A stretch of DNA of 64,000 nt, taken from NCBI GenBank assembly GCA_052140285.1, contig JBKQUF010000006.1:1133-65132 (forward strand). Direction: 5' to 3'. The DNA comes from Limisphaerales bacterium. GTDB taxonomy: Bacteria; Verrucomicrobiota; Verrucomicrobiia; Limisphaerales; UBA11358. The notes under the pieces were generated by a model. That model saw only the letters and a program-made list of their open reading frames with translations. It did not search any database and was not told the origin of the DNA. Every line of letters starts with the position of its first letter. Within the stretch, counting starts at the first letter, position 1. Below are positions 18,578 through 25,485 of this stretch, one piece after another. Both the position numbers and the translations under genes were made by a program.

Positions 18578-18731
18578 CGCTTTGCGTCTTGGAGTGCGGC
18601 GGCAATCCCGCAAAGCGGGAGCGACGCCGCTTTGGGGAGGGCGTTGGCGTTTGGCCAGGCGTTGGATTTTTAAGAATCACCTTCAATTTGAAAGCGGTGT
18701 CACGGCCACCGCAGTCCAAGACGCAAAGCGG
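18578..18731. repeat. REP-like element family A (two inverted units)
   Basis: 'cgctttgcgtcttggagtgcggcggc' at 18578 and the reverse complement of the 15757 unit at 18688..18731. Confidence 0.75.
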
Positions 18732-18823
18732 TTTTGTCATCAAAATGTCACATTCCCCGGCCCCATCCGTGATTGTATTTTCCCGAAATCCAAGTTAGTC
18801 TGGGCATTGCGATTGAGGCGAAT

Positions 18824-19696
18824 ATGAAGACGACGTTATCAATTTCCATTGGATTAAACCTGGCTTTGGCGGGCGGGTTGATTTTCTTCGTCGCAAACCA
18901 CCGCAACCAACCAACCATTTCCGCGCCGGTCGTGTCTGAAAGCACACCGCCACCGCCCGCGGCGCCGGCCCCGCTGGCTCCAGTGCCGCCGCAAACCGAG
19001 CCGCCGCCGTTTCATTGGAGCCAGCTTCTGCCGGCAAATAATTACCGGGCTTACCTTGCCAATCTGCGTGCCAGCGGCTGTCCGGAAACGACCATTGATG
19101 ACATTGTCCGGGGCGACACCGACCGGGCGTTTGCCTACGAGCGCGCCCAATTGGGGCTGAGTGAATCCGGCAACGGCCCGTGGTCGGAGTGGCGGGAGAA
19201 CCAACTGATTGCCAGCCTGCTGGGGGAACCGTCGGCGAATCAAACGTCCGCCCCGGCCCAAATCGCGGAAAACCCGACGCCGGAAAATAATGGAGAAGGC
19301 GCTGTTGAATCTGCTTCGGCCCAAAGCATGGCGGCAACACCCTTGTTCCTGCAATATACGAACTGGGATGCTTTGGGCTTCAATGCCGGCGAACAGGCCG
19401 CCATTGCGCGGGTGCGGCAGCAGTATCAGAACCAAGTCGCCAGCCAGAACCAAAGTTCCAGCGGCGCGGCAAACCAGAATTCCGATGGCGCGGCAGGCCA
19501 GAATTCAACCCCCGCCGGCCCGAACATCGGCGCGACGGTCGCGGCGAATCAATCGCAAACCGCGTTGCAGAATGCCAACGACCAATTGCGTGGTCTGCTG
19601 GGTGGCCAGGATTACGAGGCTTATGTACAACAGGAGTATTATTTGTGGTTCCAGCGGCAGTCGGGGTCAATAAATCCCCGCGCGTTTTCGCCGTAA
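18824..19696 (+). CDS. hypothetical single-pass membrane protein (Pro-rich linker, Gln/Asn-rich region)
   Basis: Start MKTTLSISIGLNLALAGGLIFFV at 18824. No catalytic motif recognised. Confidence 0.55.
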   Translation: MKTTLSISIGLNLALAGGLIFFVANHRNQPTISAPVVSESTPPPPAAPAPLAPVPPQTEPPPFHWSQLLPANNYRAYLANLRASGCPETTIDDIVRGDTDRAFAYERAQLGLSESGNGPWSEWRENQLIASLLGEPSANQTSAPAQIAENPTPENNGEGAVESASAQSMAATPLFLQYTNWDALGFNAGEQAAIARVRQQYQNQVASQNQSSSGAANQNSDGAAGQNSTPAGPNIGATVAANQSQTALQNANDQLRGLLGGQDYEAYVQQEYYLWFQRQSGSINPRAFSP

Positions 19697-19730
19697 TGAG
19701 CCGGTCCCGTCGTAAAACGCGAAGCGGTTT

Positions 19731-19962
19731 GTCGCGGAGCGACAGCGGAGATTAGCCCGGCACAGTGTGCCGGGCTAAACGGTCCAAGAATCCCGCGCGT
19801 CCTGAAAGGACGCTGGAAACCGCCTGGTTTTATAGGCGATTCCCCCGTCCCTGCGGGACGGATGCAAACTGTTTTGCCCTTCCAGACACCCCGTGTCTGG
19901 CTAATGTCCAGTGTCGCTCTGCGACAAAACGAATGCGCGTTGGACATTTTACCCATTATCAA
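19731..19962. repeat. composite multi-hairpin REP/MITE element, family B, copy 1
   Basis: Ordered hairpins gtcgcGGAgcgac, gcccggcacAGTGtgccgggc, gcgtccTGAAaggacgc, gtcccTGCgggac, ccagacacCCCGtgtctgg, gtcgcTCTgcgac. Collinear with copies at 21135, 21889 and 23934. Confidence 0.8.
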
Positions 19963-20148
19963 TTTCAAAGTCTTCAAACAGGGGTTTAATGTCCTTAAAC
20001 TTGTTATAAAAGCGGGCCGGCTCGCGATAAAGTACCTTGTAAAATGGTGATGGCCATAATACGCTTTGGCGCGCATACCAATTTACGCTTGGAGAGCCAT
20101 TCGCTCAACGTCCGGCGGAGCAACAAAAACACAAACATTAAAAAAGCA

Positions 20149-21102
20149 ATGAAGAATTTAATAGCAGCGGCCATCATTTTTGGCGGGGCAATTCTGGCCT
20201 CCTCACCAGTGTTCGGAGCGGTGAATATCGCGCCAAATGTCCTGTATCTGGGGTTTCAAAACAGCGCGGCGGCCGACGATTACATTATCAACCTCGGCGC
20301 GGCAACCAATTTGGTCGGCGGCTCCACAGTGATAACATTGAGCAGCGACCTCACGAAGAGCGACATTACCGCCGTACTGGGCGGTGCTGGAACTTCCTAT
20401 GCCGGCGTGATCGGCGCTAATAACGCCGGTGGCGTCCCGTCGGTTGCCAACCCGGCGGATGCTTATGGCACGGAGTTGCGCAACAGCAACATTGGAAATC
20501 CGGCTGTGGCCGGTTCCTCTGCCCCCACTGCTATTAGCAGTGGTTCGGATATCGTTGCCTACAATGCCCTCGGGAACTTGAACGCGCCAGCTACTGTGGG
20601 GACTGGCGTTCTGGATTCCGGCAAAACGTGGACAGCGGATGTTCCGTCCAGCGGCACACCTTCTGGTACTTATAATGGCTCAACCGGGTTGAACCCGAAC
20701 TCGGCGGTCACCACTTCCAGCGTCCTTTACGACGACCTTTGGTACACTGCCGACCCCGATAGCGGACGCACCGATACCAGCAAACCGTGGACATACCAGG
20801 GCTATTTCACGATTGACTTAACCGGCAGCAGCCCGAAGCTGACCTTTACGCCTACGAACGCCCCGGCAACGACGGTGCCGAAGCCGGTTATTGTGTTGGT
20901 CGCCAAGCTGGCCGGCACGGTCACGTTGATTTCGACCAATGCGTCGCCCACGCATACGTATCAATTGCAATACACCGCCAGTTTGTCGCCCATCGCCTGG
21001 ACGAGCGTTGGCAGCGCGGTCACTGCCGGCGGCACGATAGTAACCAATACCGACACCACCGCGACGCCCGCGCAACGGTTCTATCAGATTCAGGCGCAAT
21101 AA
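20149..21102 (+). CDS. secreted paralog P2 of the 16203 passenger, with a C-terminal 'RFYQ' beta-domain instead of PEP-CTERM
   Basis: Start MKNLIAAAIIFGG at 20149 with a signal peptide. The passenger aligns with P1 along its length. The tail is 'VPKPVIVLVAKLAG...THTYQLQYTASLSPIAWTSV...AQRFYQIQAQ'. Confidence 0.8.
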   Translation: MKNLIAAAIIFGGAILASSPVFGAVNIAPNVLYLGFQNSAAADDYIINLGAATNLVGGSTVITLSSDLTKSDITAVLGGAGTSYAGVIGANNAGGVPSVANPADAYGTELRNSNIGNPAVAGSSAPTAISSGSDIVAYNALGNLNAPATVGTGVLDSGKTWTADVPSSGTPSGTYNGSTGLNPNSAVTTSSVLYDDLWYTADPDSGRTDTSKPWTYQGYFTIDLTGSSPKLTFTPTNAPATTVPKPVIVLVAKLAGTVTLISTNASPTHTYQLQYTASLSPIAWTSVGSAVTAGGTIVTNTDTTATPAQRFYQIQAQ

Positions 21103-21134
21103 AATTCCCTGCTTGGGGATGGTTTATGGGGTTT

Positions 21135-21374
21135 GTAATGGGTAAAGGGGAAATTGTCGCGAAGCGACAGATGGGAATTAGCCCGGCACACCGTGCCGGG
21201 AAAAAGGTCCCAGAATCCCGCGCGTCCTGAAAGGACGCCCGGAACGGCCCGATTTTACGGGCCTTTTCCACCGCCCCTGCCGGGACGGATGCAAAATGAT
21301 TTGCCTTACCAGACGCTTCGTGTCTGGCTAATCTCCAGCGTCGCTCCGCGACAACAACCTCCCTTACCCATTAC
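21135..21374. repeat. family B element copy 2, with terminal inverted repeats
   Basis: Left end GTAATGGGTAAAGGGG (21135). Right end CCCTTACCCATTAC (21361..21374) is its near-perfect reverse complement. Internal hairpins match copy 1. Confidence 0.8.
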
Positions 21375-21436
21375 CAACGTGGAGGAACCAAATTTTACCG
21401 TTTTCTTTGCGATATTCATCTTGCAAACTTAAGCGC

Positions 21437-21883
21437 ATGCCGTCCACGCACTTGAGCCTGCATTTCCACCTTGTCTTCAGCACGAAGGACCGGCATCCAT
21501 TTATCGCCGACACATGGCGTCCGCGTTTGCACGAATATTTTGGAGGTCTGATTCGCGCGGCGGAGGGGATTCTGGAAGCGATTGGGGGAACGGCGGATCA
21601 TGTTCATTTGCTCGTTGGTTTGCGGGCGACCCACGCGCTGGCGACATTCGTGCAGGACATCAAGCAAACTTCGTCGCGCTGGATTCACGAGAGCATCAAT
21701 GTAAAAAATTTCGCATGGCAACCGGGCTACAGCGCCTTTACGGTAAGCGCGTCCAATTGCGGCGCAGTAGAGGAATATATTGCGAACCAGGCGGAGCATC
21801 ACCGGTTAAAATCATTTCAGGAGGAATATGTGGCGTTTCTCCAGAAACATGGCGTGGAATACAATGAAAATTTTTTGTGGTGA
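21437..21883 (+). CDS. REP-associated tyrosine transposase (IS200/IS605 TnpA Y1 family, RAYT)
   Basis: 'HLSLHFHLVFSTKDR', HUH motif 'ADHVHLLV', and catalytic Tyr context 'EEYIANQAEHH'. Likely start MPSTHL at 21437. Confidence 0.85.
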   Translation: MPSTHLSLHFHLVFSTKDRHPFIADTWRPRLHEYFGGLIRAAEGILEAIGGTADHVHLLVGLRATHALATFVQDIKQTSSRWIHESINVKNFAWQPGYSAFTVSASNCGAVEEYIANQAEHHRLKSFQEEYVAFLQKHGVEYNENFLW

Positions 21884-21888
21884 TTTCC

Positions 21889-21970
21889 GGCGTCCTTTCA
21901 GGACGAGTCCGTGGATGCGCGTTCACCAGACACTTCGTGTCTGGCTAATGTCCAACGTCGCTCCGCGACA
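21889..21970. repeat. family B element, partial copy 3
   Basis: Contains the hairpins cgtccTTTCAggacg, ccagacacTTCGtgtctgg and gtcgcTCCgcgac only. Confidence 0.7.
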
Positions 21971-22003
21971 CTTATGGATCCGACGCGGGCGTCAGCCACT
22001 GGT

Positions 22004-23899
22004 ATGAATCATCCGCGTTACCAAGTGTGGCTGCTTGCCATATTGCTGTTGCTGGCGACCATTTCCGTTTTCTGGCCGGCGACGAGCCACGACTTTGTCA
22101 ATTATGATGACCCGTATTTCGTCACTTCGAATGTTCAGGTCCAGGGCGGACTGACTTGGGACGGCATAAAATGGGCATTCACCCACGCAGTGGTGGGGAA
22201 TTGGCATCCAATGACCACGTTGTCCCACATGTTGGACTGCCAAATATACGGGTTGAATCCGTGGGGCCATCACCTGACGAACGTGCTGCTGCATGGGGCC
22301 AACACGGTTCTGGTATTTTTGCTGCTTCGCCGCCTGACCGGTGCGGTTTGGCGGAGCTTGATGGTGGCGACATTGTTTGGGCTGCACCCGTTGCACGTGG
22401 AATCGGTGGCCTGGGTGGCGGAACGCAAGGACGTGTTGAGCGCCTTTTTCTTTCTGTTGGCCCTTCTGGCATACGGTCGCTATGTGGAACATGCGAGCGC
22501 GGGCAGCGGGGATGGAGCAGGGAGCAGGAAAGCGGACCCTCACCTCACCCTGACCACATGGGCTTGGTTTTTCCCCACGACCCTCACCCGGCGCCCTGGC
22601 GCCACCCTCTCCCGCTCCTGCGGGCGAGGGATATTCTCCCCTCCCATCGGATGGGAGCGGAGAGGGAACAGCAAGCGGACGCTTGTTTGGTATGTCGTGG
22701 CGCTGTTGCTCTTTGCCTTGGGCCTCATGGCCAAGCCGATGCTGGTGACGTTGCCGTTCGTGATGTTGCTGCTGGATTACTGGCCGCTCAAACGGTTTTC
22801 TGATTTCCGGTTTCGAATTTCGGATTTTAAAAACCTGCTGCGCGAGAAAATTCCGTTCTTTCTCCTGGCGGCGGTTATGGGCGTGGTGACATATCTCGCG
22901 CAACAGCACGGCGGCATGATGGATTCGCTTGGAAACGTGTCGCCGGGCACCCGGATCGAAAACGCGCTGATTTCCTACTGCCGGTATTTGGGGAAGTTGT
23001 TTTGGCCGGCGCGGCTGGCCGTTTTTTATCCGTATCCCGATCATTGGCCGCTGAATGAGGCCCTGCTGGCGGGCGCGTTGTTGGCGGGCATTTCCGCGTT
23101 TGTATTCACGCTGCGGACGCGGCAACCTTATTTGCTGACGGGGTGGTTGTGGTACTGCGGGACGCTGATACCGGTCATTGGATTAGTGCAAGTGGGCGGA
23201 CAGGCGATGGCGGACCGCTACACGTACCTTCCGTCATTGGGGTTGTTCATCATGGTTGTTTGGGGGGCGGCCGAACTGGCCAAACCTTGGAGGTATCATG
23301 CGATGGCATTGGGAGTGGCGGGCGGCGCGGTGGTCCTCGTATGCGTTGGCTTGACGCGGCGGCAACTGGTTTACTGGCAAGACAGCGAAACGCTGTACCG
23401 GCACACGTTGGCGGTAACAACGGACAATTTCCTTGCGCATCATAACCTCGGTATCTTTCTCTATAAAAAGGGGCGCACGGGCGAGGCGATCACCCAATAC
23501 CAGGAAGCGCTCCGCCTAAAACCTGATGACGCCATCGCCCACTACGACCTCGGAACCGCCCTCGGCAAGGAGGGCCAAACGGATGAGGCGATTATTCAAT
23601 TTCAGGAAGCCATCCAACTCAATCCCGACAACGCCGAGGCGCGCATCAATCTGGGGACCGCCCTGGCCGTGAAGGGCCGGATGGATGAGGCGATTGCCCA
23701 GTTTCAGGAAGCCCTCCGCCGGCAACCTGACAACGCCGAGGGCCATTACGACCTGGGCACCATTCTGGGCATGGAAGGCCGGATGGACGAAGCGATTGCC
23801 CAATTTCAAGAAGCCCTCCGGATCCAACCCGATTACCCCGCGGCCCGCCAGAATCTCGCGCACGCCCTGGAAATTAAAAATACTCCCGCCGACCATTGA
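22004..23899 (+). CDS. TMTC-like GT-C membrane glycosyltransferase (DUF1736/PMT_2-type) with C-terminal TPR array, paralog 1
   Basis: Start MNHPRYQVWLL at 22004. 'VNYDDPYFV' and 'HPLHVESVAWVAERKDV' in a polytopic N-domain. C-terminal TPRs of the type 'AIxQYQEALRLKPDxAxAHYxLG'. The upstream part of the ORF track entry lies in a REP element. Confidence 0.8.
   Translation: MNHPRYQVWLLAILLLLATISVFWPATSHDFVNYDDPYFVTSNVQVQGGLTWDGIKWAFTHAVVGNWHPMTTLSHMLDCQIYGLNPWGHHLTNVLLHGANTVLVFLLLRRLTGAVWRSLMVATLFGLHPLHVESVAWVAERKDVLSAFFFLLALLAYGRYVEHASAGSGDGAGSRKADPHLTLTTWAWFFPTTLTRRPGATLSRSCGRGIFSPPIGWERRGNSKRTLVWYVVALLLFALGLMAKPMLVTLPFVMLLLDYWPLKRFSDFRFRISDFKNLLREKIPFFLLAAVMGVVTYLAQQHGGMMDSLGNVSPGTRIENALISYCRYLGKLFWPARLAVFYPYPDHWPLNEALLAGALLAGISAFVFTLRTRQPYLLTGWLWYCGTLIPVIGLVQVGGQAMADRYTYLPSLGLFIMVVWGAAELAKPWRYHAMALGVAGGAVVLVCVGLTRRQLVYWQDSETLYRHTLAVTTDNFLAHHNLGIFLYKKGRTGEAITQYQEALRLKPDDAIAHYDLGTALGKEGQTDEAIIQFQEAIQLNPDNAEARINLGTALAVKGRMDEAIAQFQEALRRQPDNAEGHYDLGTILGMEGRMDEAIAQFQEALRIQPDYPAARQNLAHALEIKNTPADH
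22536..22670. repeat. palindromic repeat element inserted in frame inside the TMTC-like gene
   Basis: 'ccctctcccgctcc'...'ggagcggagaggg' arms and an inner 'tctcccctcccatcggatgggag' hairpin. This region has no counterpart in the paralog 30953..33250. Confidence 0.6.
22802..22829. repeat. heptanucleotide tandem repeat (GATTTCC GGTTTCG AATTTCG GATTTTA) within a CDS
   Basis: Read directly; encodes 'DFRFRISDF'. Confidence 0.8.
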
Positions 23900-23933
23900 T
23901 TAACCGGCGACAAGCTTCTTCGACGTTGGTAGC

Positions 23934-24180
23934 GGGTAAAGGGGAAGTTGTCGCGGAGCGACAGCGGAGATTAGCCCGGCACAGTGTGCCGGGTAAAACA
24001 GCCCAGGAATCCTGCGCGTCCTGAAAGGACGCGGGAAACCGCCCGGTTTTACAGGCAATTCCCCCGTCCCTGCCGGGACGGATGCAAACTGATTTGCCCT
24101 TCCAGACACTCCGTGTCTGGCTAATGTCCAGTGTCGCTTCGCGACAAGCCAAATGCGTGTTGGATGTTTTACCCATTATA
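23934..24180. repeat. family B element copy 4
   Basis: Collinear with copy 1 and near-identical over most hairpins. Ends in 'gggtaaagggg' and 'ttttacccattata'. Confidence 0.8.
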
Positions 24181-24244
24181 AACGTAGAGAACCGGCAACA
24201 AAGTGATCCGATACATGATAGTGTCCACGTTTCGCCCTCTGACC

Positions 24245-25183
24245 TCAATGCACCGCCCCGGCTGGCGGATTGGTGGGCGTCATGGCGGTGAAAGCGTTGG
24301 TCATGCGATGCGCCTGGGCGGTTTGTTCGGGCGTGAGCGCCTGGTATATCTCCATTTCCATGGCATCATGCTGGCCTAATGCGTTCCCTTGCGCCTCGCT
24401 CAACAGGAACCATTTGTAAGCCTGCACCTTGTCCATCGCCAGGCCCCCGTCTCCACTTTCATACATCAGTCCCAAGTTGTCCTCGGCGGTGGCATCTCCC
24501 AGTTCCGCGCCCCGGCGATTCCATTTAAGGGCCTGCGACCAATCATGCTCCACTCCGATGCCATATTGATACATATATCCCAGAGATCCCATGGCGGACG
24601 CATTACCCTGCTCCGCGGCTTTGAGGAGCCACTTGGCGGCCTCCGAATAATTGATGTGGTTGGTGTCGCCGCGATGCTCGCCGCGAAAATAAAACTGTCC
24701 CAGGGCGTTTTCGGCATAAACATCGCCCTGTTCGGCGGCTTTTTGCCACCAGGTCACGGCGGCATCCATGTCCTTCGGCGCGCCCACTCCGTGGGCGCAG
24801 GCATAACCCAGACAGTATTCGGCCAAGGGCTCACCTTGCGCCGCCGCCTTGCGATACCACTGCATCGCCTCCGCATAATCCTGCTTGACGCCATCGCCAT
24901 GCGCGTAACAGGAACCCAGAGCCGTCTGGGCGGGGGCGTAACCTTGATTGGCGGACTGGCGCAGAAATTCAACCGCCTTCGTATAATCGGTGGGAACACC
25001 CTTGCCGACGGCATAGTGTTGGCCGAGAAAATACTCCGCCTTGGGGTCGCCCCCGGCGGCGGCCGCAGGCGCGGATTCCATGGTAAATTCATCGCCGGCG
25101 AACAACAAATTCGCCGGCAACAGCCACAGCGCCAGGATCAACCCGGCCTCCGGGAGGGACAATAATTGCGCGGTCGTTTTCAT
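24245..25183 (-). CDS. secreted Sel1-like repeat (SLR/TPR) protein
   Basis: Has a signal peptide. Repeats of the type 'AxxWxxKAAEQGxxxAxxxLGxxYxxGxGVxxD'. Confidence 0.85.
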   Translation of the reverse strand: MKTTAQLLSLPEAGLILALWLLPANLLFAGDEFTMESAPAAAAGGDPKAEYFLGQHYAVGKGVPTDYTKAVEFLRQSANQGYAPAQTALGSCYAHGDGVKQDYAEAMQWYRKAAAQGEPLAEYCLGYACAHGVGAPKDMDAAVTWWQKAAEQGDVYAENALGQFYFRGEHRGDTNHINYSEAAKWLLKAAEQGNASAMGSLGYMYQYGIGVEHDWSQALKWNRRGAELGDATAEDNLGLMYESGDGGLAMDKVQAYKWFLLSEAQGNALGQHDAMEMEIYQALTPEQTAQAHRMTNAFTAMTPTNPPAGAVH

Positions 25184-25315
25184 TTTAATGTAGTATTAAT
25201 AGCCAAAACAACGCGATGTTGTCACGTTACCTTTTATTTACAAAATGTGACGAACGGGTTACGTCTTTTTGAGATTTTTACAGGGTGGTGGTCGCGCGGG
25301 ATTTTGCTTAAAACC

Positions 25316-25485
25316 GTAGCGGCAGACATCCCTGTTTGCCGTGGAGCCGGGGCTTCCAGCCCGGCCGATAAAACGCTCCGCAGTATGAAAGCGTGATTAA
25401 ATCAAAAAACAATCCGCAGTGCGGGAACTGGTTCCGGGCGGCAGGGATGCACGCCCTCTACGTCAGGCAGGATGCCTGACGCTAC
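25316..25485. repeat. REP-like element family C
   Basis: Hairpin units 'ctacgtcaggcaggatgcctgacgctac', 'gccggggcttccagcccggc' and 'gtagcggcagacatccctgtttgccg'. Same family as 43097..43242. Confidence 0.7.

Larger units (their letters stand above)
21135..21970 (+). mobile_element. RAYT unit: IS200-like Y1 transposase flanked by family B REP arrays
   Basis: A full family B copy lies upstream (21135..21374), the tnpA-like gene at 21437..21883, and a partial family B copy downstream (21889..21970). Confidence 0.7.

Noticed and set aside
21992-23125. 377-aa minus-strand ORF antisense to the TMTC-like gene
   Set aside because: Arg/Gln/His/Pro-rich low-complexity translation with no motifs. It fully overlaps a well-supported plus-strand gene and is a typical high-GC antisense artefact.
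19731-24180. Considered whether the recurring hairpin repeats form a CRISPR array
   Set aside because: Repeat units are heterogeneous hairpins in a fixed order rather than one repeat with unique spacers. Spacing is irregular and interrupted by genes, and there are no cas genes in the window.
19639-24248. ORFs 19639..20076, 21020..21271, 21154..21432 and 23874..24248, and the N-terminal extensions of 20044 and 21911
   Set aside because: They are encoded by family B hairpin arrays and give near-identical 'peptides' at each repeat copy. The internal starts (20149, 22004) give canonical signal or TM N-termini.
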